A stretch of DNA of 64,000 bases from Phycisphaeraceae bacterium (lineage in GTDB: Bacteria; Planctomycetota; Phycisphaerae; Phycisphaerales; Phycisphaeraceae), in NCBI GenBank assembly GCA_029260635.1, contig JAJDCW010000038.1, positions 745-64,744 of the forward strand, in the 5' to 3' direction. Made by a program: the position numbers and the translations under genes. Shown piece by piece: positions 27,352-36,128 of this stretch; position 1 is the stretch's first letter; every line of letters starts with the position of its first letter. The notes below the pieces were generated by a model. That model was not told the DNA's origin and did not search any database. It saw only the letters and a program-made list of their open reading frames with translations.

Positions 27352-28260
27352 ATGAACACTCAAATCGATGCCGAGCGCATGACGCTTCGGATCGGGCACA
27401 GCCCCGACCCGGATGACGCGTTTATGTGGTACCCGTTAGCCAACTTCACTGCGCCGGATGGCCAGAAGCTGACCCCGAAGATCGACACCGGCCGGTACGA
27501 CTTCGTCCATGTCCTGGAAGACATCCAGTCGCTGAACGAGCGGAGCGAGAAGGGGGAGCTGGAGATCACAGCCCTGTCGATCCACCAGTACCCGTTCATC
27601 GCGGATAAGTACGCGCTGACCAGCTGCGGCTCCTCGATGGGCGATGGGTACGGCCCGATGATCGTGTCGTCCGGGCCGATGAGCGTTACGGACCTAAAAG
27701 GTAAAAGACTGGCGATCCCCGGCTACCAGACCACGGCCTGGTTGTCGGCGCAGCTCATGTTGGCCGAGCAGGGGATGAGCAAGGACGACCTGACCGCTGA
27801 ATTCGTGATGTTCGATGAAATCATCCCTAGAGTGGTTTCGGGTGAATACGACGCAGGGCTCATTATCCACGAGGGGCAGCTGACTTATGGGAACGACGGG
27901 TTAGCTTGTGTGGTTGATCTGGGCAAGTGGTGGACCGATTCGAGGAATCTGCCCCTGCCATTGGGTGGCAACGCGATCCGCCGTGACATGGGTGAGCAGA
28001 TGCCTGCTATATGTCGGGTGTTGCTTGACTCTATCGAGTACGCGCTTGAGAACCGCGAGGAAGCGGTGGCGTTTGCCTTGAACTGGGCGCGGAACATGGG
28101 TTCGGACCTGGCGGACGAGTTTGTCGGGATGTACGTGAACCAGTGGACACTCGACTACGGCGACAAGGGCCGGCAAGCGGTGCGCAAACTTCTGGGTGAA
28201 GCGGTGGCGGCTGGACTCGTGCCTGATTGCGGGGAGATTTATTTTGTCGATCCGGGCTAG
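27352..28260 (+). CDS. MqnA/MqnD/SBP-family protein (futalosine-pathway-related periplasmic-binding fold)
   Basis: The N-terminus LRIGHSPDPDDAFMWYPL is characteristic of this family. Possible alternative start at MTLRIG (27379). Confidence 0.65.
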   Translation: MNTQIDAERMTLRIGHSPDPDDAFMWYPLANFTAPDGQKLTPKIDTGRYDFVHVLEDIQSLNERSEKGELEITALSIHQYPFIADKYALTSCGSSMGDGYGPMIVSSGPMSVTDLKGKRLAIPGYQTTAWLSAQLMLAEQGMSKDDLTAEFVMFDEIIPRVVSGEYDAGLIIHEGQLTYGNDGLACVVDLGKWWTDSRNLPLPLGGNAIRRDMGEQMPAICRVLLDSIEYALENREEAVAFALNWARNMGSDLADEFVGMYVNQWTLDYGDKGRQAVRKLLGEAVAAGLVPDCGEIYFVDPG

Positions 28261-28304
28261 TTGAATATGGCTAGATCTTGGTGGTTGCTTGCAATGAATA
28301 GGAG

Positions 28305-29027
28305 ATGGCGATGTCAATCCATAGGGTGAGTTTGGTTTATACCTGGCCGGTGCTTATTTTGTGTTTGGCAGCGATCTCCGTGTTGGCTAACGACGAGTCA
28401 GCGCAGAGCCAGCCATCGATCGAAAAACCCGAGACGATTACCGCGGAGCAGTGGGGGACGGACCCGCTGCCGATCCCCGAGGAACGCAGGCACACGCCGA
28501 AGTTCATCACGATCCATCACGCCGGGGTCGATTGGGTGGCGGGCAGCGATCCTTATGAGAAGATACGCAATCTCCAGGCCTGGGGGAAGAAGTCGGTCGA
28601 GGACGGCGGGAAAGACTGGCCGGACTTGCCTTACCACTTCCTGATCGCGCCGGACGGTCGTATCTTCGAGGGCCGGCCGGTCGAGTACGAGCCCGAGACG
28701 AACACGAACTACGATGTAAACAGCCACATCGGCGTGCAGATCTGGGGAAATTTCCAGGCCCAGCGCGTCAGCCCGCAGCAGGTGGCGTCGGCGGTGAATC
28801 TGGTCGCATGGTTATCTCAAGAGTATGAGGTTGAGGATGCGCAGATCGGCGGACACCGCGACGTGGCAGAGGATACCACGTGTCCCGGTGCTGATTTCTA
28901 CCGATACCTTGAAGACGGGCAGTTCCTGGGCTGGGTCAATCAGGTTCGTGCCGGCGAGTTGCCGGAAATCGATCTTGGACCGCCCCTTGAGGATGGGCCG
29001 ATCGAGATGATCCCGCTACCGGAATAG
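28305..29027 (+). CDS. N-acetylmuramoyl-L-alanine amidase (amidase_2 / PGRP / T7-lysozyme fold) with signal peptide
   Basis: Motifs ITIHHAG, LPYHFLIAPDGRIFEGR and GGHRDVAEDTTCPG. AGGAG lies upstream of the ATG. Confidence 0.8.
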   Translation: MAMSIHRVSLVYTWPVLILCLAAISVLANDESAQSQPSIEKPETITAEQWGTDPLPIPEERRHTPKFITIHHAGVDWVAGSDPYEKIRNLQAWGKKSVEDGGKDWPDLPYHFLIAPDGRIFEGRPVEYEPETNTNYDVNSHIGVQIWGNFQAQRVSPQQVASAVNLVAWLSQEYEVEDAQIGGHRDVAEDTTCPGADFYRYLEDGQFLGWVNQVRAGELPEIDLGPPLEDGPIEMIPLPE

Positions 29028-29208
29028 TATTTCTTACATTCTAAACACGTTTATGTCGTGTTAACACGCGTAAACGCTGTTTTGTTTAGTCGGGCCGTAT
29101 GACCGCAAACCAATTGACTACTTGACTTTACCGGTGTCAGGGCGTGTATACTTATATAAGGCTTTTCTGCCTGGGTTCGGTCTGGCCGGCATCTACGCTG
29201 GCGGGAGT

Positions 29209-29676
29209 ATGTCTATGGCGACCATCGTTGTGCTGAACGGACAGAACAAGGGGGAGTGGTACACCATCGGGGATAGGGCGTTTGTCTTCGGGCGGGACAA
29301 CAAACTTCTTGCCCAGATCAACGACGTCTGTGTGTCTCGGGAACACATGGAAGTGAGGAAAGAATCCAGCGACAACTGCTACTACGCGGTGGATATGGAC
29401 AGCCACAACGGGGTGTTCGTGAACAGCGAGCGGGTCGTGAAGTTTAAGGCCCTGCACGAGGGGGACGTCATCCAGATCGGCCACACACTGATGGCGGTCA
29501 CGCTCGACGAGTTCGATGACGATCTGCAAGCCAGGCGATACCTGCGAAACTGCGAGAAGAAATTCCAGAGCGAGATCGAGCACATGAAGGAAGCCGAGGA
29601 GGGGCGTCGGGAACAGATCTCCGGCGCGACGCTCGGCCTGCGGGCCCTGCTCCCGTTTGTTAAACGGCGGAAGTGA
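29209..29676 (+). CDS. FHA domain-containing protein
   Basis: FVFGRDNKLLAQINDVCVSREHMEV...DMDSHNGVFVNSERV...LHEGDVIQIG is the canonical FHA pattern. The start was set to MSMATIVVL. Confidence 0.8.
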   Translation: MSMATIVVLNGQNKGEWYTIGDRAFVFGRDNKLLAQINDVCVSREHMEVRKESSDNCYYAVDMDSHNGVFVNSERVVKFKALHEGDVIQIGHTLMAVTLDEFDDDLQARRYLRNCEKKFQSEIEHMKEAEEGRREQISGATLGLRALLPFVKRRK

Positions 29677-29718
29677 CCCGTTTGATGATCGCGTGTCCCG
29701 TTTTGGTTTCCGGTGAAT

Positions 29719-31227
29719 CTACAGATAACTCATGGCGGTCAGGTCCGCCGATCCGGATTCCAGATTTACTATCATGTACCGCAGCGCATCGCAGAGGTGA
29801 TCCGGCCCGTCTTTGACGGGGTCTTCACGCCGCGGGTTATTTATATCAAAGTGGTACCGCCGCATGGCTTCGATGAGTCGGTTGCACCGGGGGTGTATGT
29901 ACAGTGTTTGCCGGTCAAGCCTTCGGCGGATGCGTTCGATCCCGTCTCGTAGCGTTGATCGTTTTGTTTGCACGGTGTGGCCCAGTTTGCGCAGGGCCTG
30001 GACGTCACTGATTCCCGTATGGCTGTTGCGCTGGTTGCCCGCGGGATCGACACCTAACCAGGCGGGATGTGGCCATCCGTACAGCGCGGCCTGCTGGCCA
30101 ATGGCAGCCACATGCTGGTCGAATGTGATACCCGCCCGCAGATACTCGTCCATGATATGGACGACTGTTTGGTTGCTATCGATATGGTTATTATAAACAC
30201 GGGCCCAGAGCATGACGGTGGGGTTGCGAAGGCCAAAGTCCATGCCGCCGATCCAGAATTGTTTGCTGCTTTCCAAGTCCTCCTCACGGACGTGGAGGGC
30301 CGGGTCGAACTGGGGATAAACACAATCGCTGACCTCAGGCTGTCGGCACATCATCTCGACGGACCACGCATGTCGACTGGTCCGTTTCCACTGCTGCACA
30401 AGGTCATCGACCGGGATAAATCCGATTGCGGATTTGGCTCGGCCCCGGCAATCGTCCCACAGGACGCACCCCTCGCAGGGGCGCTCATCCGGGCAGCGCT
30501 CGATGACATCCATCGCGGTCCACTTGAAAAGTCTTGACTCGCCGGGCGCGTCTGTTTGCAGGTCAGCGGTGATTCCCGCCATCAGGCCGAACGGCCGGTG
30601 CATGGTGGACAGGGCCTCTACGGCACCACGGACGTACTTGTCGCCGCACCGGCCGGATCGTGTGACCATCTGGGCGGCCTCCCAGACGCCGGGCTCGAAC
30701 TCCTCGACCTCGTCGCAGCGAAGCTTCTGCACGCGTACGCCCCGAACAGAGCGTTGTGACCCGGCGAGGAGTTGCACGTTGCTGCCGTTGGAAAGCGCGA
30801 CCCGCCGTTGTGTTGGTTCGCCGTCAAGCAGTCCACGGAACCAGGGCTTCTCAAACAGGGCGACCAGGTGCTCAAACATCTTCGATGACTGCTCAAGTGA
30901 GCCGCCTAGGATGCGGACCTGAATACCGGGTTTGAACACCAGGTCAAGGAGCGTGGCGGCCGCTCCGAGCATGGTCTTGCCCCCGCCCCGATTCGCCCAA
31001 ACGACCGCATCTTTGTTGATTGCGTTGTTGCCTGACGGGTCCGGTTCGAAAAATGTGTGTGTCAGGTAGTCGAAGGGGGCGCTGCTGCCGGGCACCAGAG
31101 GTATACGCGGCACGACCATGCCTAGTGCCGCCTGAGTAAAACGGTGCAGTTGCCTCGGGGTTTTTGGTTCTAGTTTGATTAGTTCATGGCAGTCATCGAT
31201 GCGGGGGGTCGATGATCGCTTATTCAT
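29719..31227 (-). CDS. phage terminase large subunit (TerL)
   Basis: Walker A WANRGGGKTMLGA and Walker B LRCDEVEEF. C-terminal RNaseH-like nuclease motifs IGGMDFGLRNPTV and GVDPAG. The ATG at 31227 lies inside the last codons of the upstream gene (GATGAATAA). Confidence 0.85.
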   Translation of the reverse strand: MNKRSSTPRIDDCHELIKLEPKTPRQLHRFTQAALGMVVPRIPLVPGSSAPFDYLTHTFFEPDPSGNNAINKDAVVWANRGGGKTMLGAAATLLDLVFKPGIQVRILGGSLEQSSKMFEHLVALFEKPWFRGLLDGEPTQRRVALSNGSNVQLLAGSQRSVRGVRVQKLRCDEVEEFEPGVWEAAQMVTRSGRCGDKYVRGAVEALSTMHRPFGLMAGITADLQTDAPGESRLFKWTAMDVIERCPDERPCEGCVLWDDCRGRAKSAIGFIPVDDLVQQWKRTSRHAWSVEMMCRQPEVSDCVYPQFDPALHVREEDLESSKQFWIGGMDFGLRNPTVMLWARVYNNHIDSNQTVVHIMDEYLRAGITFDQHVAAIGQQAALYGWPHPAWLGVDPAGNQRNSHTGISDVQALRKLGHTVQTKRSTLRDGIERIRRRLDRQTLYIHPRCNRLIEAMRRYHFDINNPRREDPVKDGPDHLCDALRYMIVNLESGSADLTAMSYL

Positions 31228-31696
31228 CAGATGTCTCGATGGATTCGATGACACGGGTGGGGTGATCTCCCTCGATTGAATCCTGATAGAGCAGATTGCG
31301 TAAGGAATCGATCCCGGATTCCGATACGATGTCTGAAGGAGCGATTGTAATCTCTGTGTCGATGTCTGCCCGCTTCATTTCAAGTTTCAAAAGATCGACA
31401 CAGGCCCGGCGGGCGTTTTCCAGCCCGGCCTTGCTGTCGTCGGGTTGGTTAGTGGCCAGCTCGATCAGCCGGCCGGCCGCGATCAGCCTGTACCGGCTAA
31501 GCAGCAGTTGAGTTTGCAGATCGGCCAGCACGCACAGGCCCGCAAGGCACCGGTGGTTGGTTTCATCTTGTATCCATTGTGACAGGCTGTCGGGTGACAG
31601 CGCGTACTTGCTGTGAAGAGCGGTCAGGTCGAAGTCTGCGTTGATCAGGTCTTTGATGAGTGCCGACCGGCGTTTGGCACTGATTTTTCTAGGCAT
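31220..31696 (-). CDS. terminase small-subunit-like protein (positional call)
   Basis: A 158-aa protein directly upstream of TerL and translationally coupled to it. It has a basic N-terminus (MPRKISAKRRSALIKDL) and an acidic tail. No diagnostic motif. Confidence 0.45.
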   Translation of the reverse strand: MPRKISAKRRSALIKDLINADFDLTALHSKYALSPDSLSQWIQDETNHRCLAGLCVLADLQTQLLLSRYRLIAAGRLIELATNQPDDSKAGLENARRACVDLLKLEMKRADIDTEITIAPSDIVSESGIDSLRNLLYQDSIEGDHPTRVIESIETSDE

Positions 31697-31723
31697 GGGT
31701 CCTCTGGGTTATTGAGTACGTTG

Positions 31724-32371
31724 TTAAGTTAAGGGCTGTGGCGCTGTGTCGGGCTCGCCGCTTGCGGGTTTTACCTGTTCGATGAGTTTCATCAGGGCCT
31801 GTTCACGCGGACCTTCGTATTGACGGAGGGCGAGGTCCAGCCGTGATTTTTCTTCGGGCTTGAGGAAAAAAAAGACCGCGACCGGCATCTGATCGAGGGG
31901 CCTGGGTGGACGTGGGGTGGGGGGATGATCCTTGAATTCCAGATACTTCTTGATCTGTTCGACACGTTCGGGCAATAGGCGGGTGAGTCGTTTGATTCCG
32001 TGCTGATCGGCAAGGCGACTGAGAAGCTTCGCGCGTTTACGAGGATCGTCCTGTCCCTGCAAGCGGTTGAGTGTTGCCAGAAGCAGCAGGGCTTCCTGGT
32101 CATCTGCCTGCCATACAACACACTCGGCAGAGTCTTTGCCCGCCTCTTTCAATGCCCGGGCTCGATGATGGCCATCGAGGATCTGGTAATAGTCATTGGC
32201 ACCTGGCGGGCAGTTGAAATCAGGGTCACGAAACGGGCGGACAATCAATGGAGGGTATCGCCCCGTACGTTGGATGTGGCTGGCCAATTTGTCTACCAAC
32301 GCCTCGGGCATCACGTTGCTGTTGTTCGGGTGCGCTCGCAGCTGGTTCAATGGAATTGTTTGTGTATTCAT
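31724..32371 (-). CDS. ParB N-terminal (ParB/sulfiredoxin-like nuclease) domain protein
   Basis: Sequence LRAHPNNSNVMPEALVDKLASHIQRTGRYPPLIVRP...YQILDGHHRARALKEAG. Confidence 0.75.
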   Translation of the reverse strand: MNTQTIPLNQLRAHPNNSNVMPEALVDKLASHIQRTGRYPPLIVRPFRDPDFNCPPGANDYYQILDGHHRARALKEAGKDSAECVVWQADDQEALLLLATLNRLQGQDDPRKRAKLLSRLADQHGIKRLTRLLPERVEQIKKYLEFKDHPPTPRPPRPLDQMPVAVFFFLKPEEKSRLDLALRQYEGPREQALMKLIEQVKPASGEPDTAPQPLT

Positions 32372-32380
32372 ATGTATGAT

Positions 32381-33175
32381 TTACGGAACAAGGGCCGAGT
32401 TGTCGTGTAGGTAGTACACAGGGTCCAGCATCAGACGCTCTCGGGCAGCTTGTAGATGAGTGGATGGGTCGGTGCTGTGAGCAATACTCCGGCCATCGTT
32501 CTGCCTGTACCAGCGGTAGAGTTCTTTGTAGAACCAATCTCGTGTGCTGGTACTAAGCGATTTGATTCTCTGGCTGAGTTGAGGCGTCAAAGCCAGGCTG
32601 ACCGTGTTTAGTCCAATGGATTGCATAGCTTGAATGAGTCTTGCGTCGCAGGCGTGTTGGGGCCGGGGGTAGGCGGTCATGCCGGCACGCTGGAAGAACG
32701 GGTTGACTCGGCCCATCGCCGCGAGGGCTTCGGTATAGCGCGTGGTGGGTGTTTGTAGCGCGGCCCTTACCAGGCGGACCGCTAAGCCGATGCCGCGCCA
32801 GCATGGGTGGACGACGACCCGGCTGATCACACGGACCTCTAGGTTTAAGAGCGTCGCCTGCTGTCGGGGTGTCAGCCAGTTGCCGTAACGGTCATTCAGG
32901 GCGTAGTTTCGCATGGTGCAAGACAAGCTGGGTAACGATTCCAGCAGTACCGCGACAGGTTGATCGCGTGCCGGAGTGCTGGTGAATCTATCCGTGGCTG
33001 TATGTGCGGACCGAACCAGAGTCAGGACCCGCGTGGCGGTCGCGGGGCGGTCGGCCCGGTAGTGATGTTCTTTTAAGCCCTTGTAGTCGGTTAAGGTGCC
33101 GATTCTTAGCCTGAGTTTGTCACCGGGGTCGGCCCGGGAGATCGATGTGAAACGCTGTTGTATATCCGATGTCAT
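32381..33175 (-). CDS. hypothetical protein with GNAT-acetyltransferase-like core motif
   Basis: ISRVVVHPCWRGIGLAVRLVRAAL matches the acetyl-CoA-binding R/Q-x-x-G-x-G/A motif context of GNAT. The rest is unrecognised. There is a 5-nt gap to the upstream ATPase gene. Confidence 0.45.
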   Translation of the reverse strand: MTSDIQQRFTSISRADPGDKLRLRIGTLTDYKGLKEHHYRADRPATATRVLTLVRSAHTATDRFTSTPARDQPVAVLLESLPSLSCTMRNYALNDRYGNWLTPRQQATLLNLEVRVISRVVVHPCWRGIGLAVRLVRAALQTPTTRYTEALAAMGRVNPFFQRAGMTAYPRPQHACDARLIQAMQSIGLNTVSLALTPQLSQRIKSLSTSTRDWFYKELYRWYRQNDGRSIAHSTDPSTHLQAARERLMLDPVYYLHDNSALVP

Positions 33176-33180
33176 CGTGA

Positions 33181-33849
33181 CTACTTCTCGATCAGGTCAA
33201 GCGACTCGCCCAGATGTTTTTCGATGAGTGTGTCGGGTGACAGGGCTTCCAGGAGGTCGTCGTGTGTGGTGGCGGCGACGAAGCAGGCCCCAGAGCGCGT
33301 GACCCATCTGCGGACATTGCGAGCGATGGCTTTGGCGGTGGTCCGGTCGAGTGTGGAGCAGAACTCGTCCGCAAGGATGATGCTCAATTGATCGGATCGG
33401 ACCTTGGCTTCGGTCATAGCCATGGCCTGAGCCAGGCGCAGCCGGTAGCGTTGGCCGTCGGATAGCTGCGAGGGTTTACGGAGCATGACGAAGGCGTCGT
33501 TCAGCCCCGCGAGGCTAAGAAGACGGAGTACATCACTGAGTGGTCGTTTAGGGAAGACGTCCACGAGGGGGCGGTCTTCGATCGCTGGCATCGAGTTGAA
33601 ATTGAGGGCGTGCGTAAGTTCCTCGTGCTTGAGTTGTTCGTGGATCAGTTGGAGCACCGTGGACTTGCCGCTGCCGCTGGCCCCCGTGACAAAGATTAGT
33701 CGGCTGGGGGACAGATTCAGGCTGGTTTCGGGGATCAACTGGATGGAGCGTTTCTGATCGATACCCAGGCCGAACATCGCGGCGACCTCCAGGACATGGG
33801 GGGTCGGATCAACGGCGGACGGGACGCTGTGATTGAGCGTGATCTGCAT
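33181..33849 (-). CDS. stand-alone ABC-type ATPase (single NBD, no TM domain)
   Basis: Walker A GASGSGKST, signature LSDGQRYR, Walker B ILADEF and H-loop TTHD. GGAGG sits 5 nt upstream of the ATG. Confidence 0.8.
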   Translation of the reverse strand: MQITLNHSVPSAVDPTPHVLEVAAMFGLGIDQKRSIQLIPETSLNLSPSRLIFVTGASGSGKSTVLQLIHEQLKHEELTHALNFNSMPAIEDRPLVDVFPKRPLSDVLRLLSLAGLNDAFVMLRKPSQLSDGQRYRLRLAQAMAMTEAKVRSDQLSIILADEFCSTLDRTTAKAIARNVRRWVTRSGACFVAATTHDDLLEALSPDTLIEKHLGESLDLIEK

Positions 33850-33956
33850 GAAACCTCCAGAATTTCAAAAATTATTCAACCTTATGTATTAAACGTATAT
33901 ATGTGCCATTCAGCGAAAGTGGCGAACGAATCGGATGCTAATTCAAGGATTTGTCC

Positions 33957-34373
33957 CTAGACAAACAGTCGAGCCGTAGCGCGAACCGTACTCATATGGT
34001 CCCTGACCTTGTGGAGAGACTGGCCGGATATTTCTGCTGTCTTGCGCATGCTTTGGCCGTTGAGGACGACCTGCTTGGCGGTGGCGCGGACCTCGGGCGG
34101 GAGCGTGTTCATTTGCAGGGCGACAAACTTGAAGTGCTTTTTTGACAAGCGTTTAATAATTGATTGGGCACGGCGCTGCAGGCACCGTGCGGGTAATTGA
34201 TACAGCCGAGCGAGCTGTGCCATGGGCAGATTCCCGTCAAGAACCTGCTCGATGAGCAACTTGTCATCTGAAGGCAGATATTCAGCCAGGGCTCGAAGTT
34301 CATCGATCTGACGACGCCTGTTGTGGCGAAGTGCGTGTGCCTGGTCGGAGAGATTGTTCAGGGCGTGCTGCAT
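33957..34373 (-). CDS. small DNA-binding protein with two tandem sigma70-region-4/LuxR-like HTH modules
   Basis: The two modules are LPSDDKLLIEQVLDGNLPMAQLARLYQLPARCLQRRAQSIIKRL and LPPEVRATAKQVVLNGQSMRKTAEISGQSLHKVRDHMSTVRA. It is the first gene of the minus-strand phage operon. Confidence 0.6.
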   Translation of the reverse strand: MQHALNNLSDQAHALRHNRRRQIDELRALAEYLPSDDKLLIEQVLDGNLPMAQLARLYQLPARCLQRRAQSIIKRLSKKHFKFVALQMNTLPPEVRATAKQVVLNGQSMRKTAEISGQSLHKVRDHMSTVRATARLFV

Positions 34374-34428
34374 GGGGCTTGCAAATATTGTTTGTATGGT
34401 ATATGTTAGGTATTAGACCGGGGACCTG

Positions 34429-34445
34429 ACCCCTTGTCAAGGGGT
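34429..34445. promoter_or_regulatory. perfect palindrome ACCCCTT-GTC-AAGGGGT in the divergent promoter region (candidate operator)
   Basis: 7+7 bp inverted repeat 30 nt upstream of the repressor ATG and 56 nt upstream of the dual-HTH gene. It is flanked by AT-rich -10-like sequence. Confidence 0.4.
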
Positions 34446-34474
34446 TGTTCAGAGTTTTTTTAACACTGGGATAA

Positions 34475-35317
34475 ATGCTTCAGATGCAGACCGTAGGTGA
34501 GATGATCCGAGTGCTTCGCCTTGAGCGTGGCATGACACTGGCGGCTGTCGCTGAATCGATTGGTTCGACCAAGAGCTATCTGTCGATGATCGAGAACCAC
34601 CGTGTCGCCAAGCCGCCTTCGGTTAAGTTTTTGAAGCTGCTTGAACAGGTGCTTGGGGTGACTGACGGTCGGCTTCACCGTGCGGGCGACCTGGAGCGAT
34701 CGCCGCAGACGGTCAGAGAGCAGGTTCAGCAGTTGACATGTAATGCGGCGCGTGGGCGTGAGCTCGCGTCGTTTCTTACCACGTCCGCACGGAACGGCAG
34801 GGGGGGTGGAAAAAATCTCGATGAACTCTACCGCAGCGGGGAATTGCGCCGTCGGATCGAGCTTACGCTTGAGTCGGCCGCGACAGAAGATGCCAGCGAG
34901 GGTCTTCACCAGATCGATCTTTACCGTGTCCCACTGGTTAACAAGGTGGCGGCGGGATACCCCACGGGGTTTACCGATCTGGATTACCCCGCGCGGGTCG
35001 CGGACGATTATCTGAGCAGCCCGGGGTTGGATGACCTCGATGCCTTTGCGGCGACCGTGATCGGGGCGTCGATGGAGCCGGACTACCGGGAGGGAGACAT
35101 CGTGGTCTTTTCTCCGGCGGCGGATGTGACTGACGGGTGTGATTGTTTCGTCAGGCTTGAGCCGGACCATGAGACAACCTTTAAACGTGTGTTTTTTGAC
35201 GCGGATGGGTCGTTGGTCCGTCTTCAGCCGTTGAATCCAAAGTTTCCACCTTCCGTCCACGAGCGGCAGCTTGTCGCGGGTTTGTATCGAGCCGTCTTCC
35301 GTTATTCCCGGCTGTAA
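34475..35317 (+). CDS. CI/LexA-like repressor: XRE-family HTH + S24 self-cleaving peptidase domain
   Basis: N-terminus IRVLRLERGMTLAAVAESIGSTKSYLSMIENHR. C-terminus GASMEPDYREGDIVVF...TTFKRVFF, giving the Ser/Lys dyad context. Confidence 0.85.
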   Translation: MLQMQTVGEMIRVLRLERGMTLAAVAESIGSTKSYLSMIENHRVAKPPSVKFLKLLEQVLGVTDGRLHRAGDLERSPQTVREQVQQLTCNAARGRELASFLTTSARNGRGGGKNLDELYRSGELRRRIELTLESAATEDASEGLHQIDLYRVPLVNKVAAGYPTGFTDLDYPARVADDYLSSPGLDDLDAFAATVIGASMEPDYREGDIVVFSPAADVTDGCDCFVRLEPDHETTFKRVFFDADGSLVRLQPLNPKFPPSVHERQLVAGLYRAVFRYSRL

Positions 35318-35666
35318 CAGGCGCGTGTATCCGGGTGTGTCTTTACGCATGTCAGGTGATTGGTGTCGGCTGTTAGTGTCGTGAAACTCGCGTCTACTTA
35401 TGGCGGATCTGCCGCCCGTGTGCGCACTTTTATGGGTAAAGAAGTGTTCAGATACAATTAACCAGGTGACTCCACGGGTTTTAGCGATTCTTTGGGGATG
35501 CACTTTTTCATTACGGATATGAACGGTGTGTGCGCACCGACCCGACCATTTCGGGTCGGGCAGTATGTCCAATAATCAACCCGGACACAGATCAATACCG
35601 GGTCTGGCTGAATCAGGCAGCGTCATTTTACGATGATAGGGTTGAAACCCTATCCACGGAGCCTGA

Positions 35667-36128
35667 ATGATTATGCACGAACTGTCCTCGATGAAACGTA
35701 ACGGTGGTTTTACACTTGTCGAACTCATCATTGTGGTAACCATATTGGGGATATTGGCGGCGCTAGTTATTCCTAAGTTTACGGATGCGAGTGTGCGCGC
35801 CCAGACCGCGGCGACTCAGGACCAGCTCCGCTCCGTGCGGACGGTGTTGGAACGCTACAAGCTGGATCACAACGACAGTTACCCCGACATCGGAGACCTT
35901 TGGGGCGTGGTGACCGCTAAGACCGATGCCGACGGGACTCTGAATGCCGCGGGCGACTACGGGCCTTACATGAAGTCTTCACCGGAAAACCCTTTCACAA
36001 ATAGCGTTACCGTCGTCGCTTTTGGGGCGGGTACCGCGACCGACGGCTGGGAGTACGATGTGACGGAGACGCCGGTTATCAACGCCGTGGGATTTAATGA
36101 GGTGGCGGGTACTTACACCGCCCCGTGA
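35667..36128 (+). CDS. type II secretion GspG-like pseudopilin (prepilin-type N-terminal cleavage/methylation domain)
   Basis: Sequence GGFTLVELIIVVTILGILAALVIPKF. The real start may be MKRNGGFTL at 35691. Confidence 0.8.
   Translation: MIMHELSSMKRNGGFTLVELIIVVTILGILAALVIPKFTDASVRAQTAATQDQLRSVRTVLERYKLDHNDSYPDIGDLWGVVTAKTDADGTLNAAGDYGPYMKSSPENPFTNSVTVVAFGAGTATDGWEYDVTETPVINAVGFNEVAGTYTAP

Noticed and set aside
33894-33908. Minus-strand TGGCACATATATACG upstream of the ABC ATPase gene as a sigma54 promoter.
   Set aside because: The -24 TGGCAC is perfect, but the -12 position reads TACG instead of TTGC. It was kept only as a note.
34460-35572. A 370-aa minus-strand ORF covering the repressor gene.
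   Set aside because: It is completely antisense to a CDS with clear XRE-HTH and S24 motifs. Its translation is Arg/Pro/His-rich and has no motifs. This is a typical shadow ORF of high-GC DNA.
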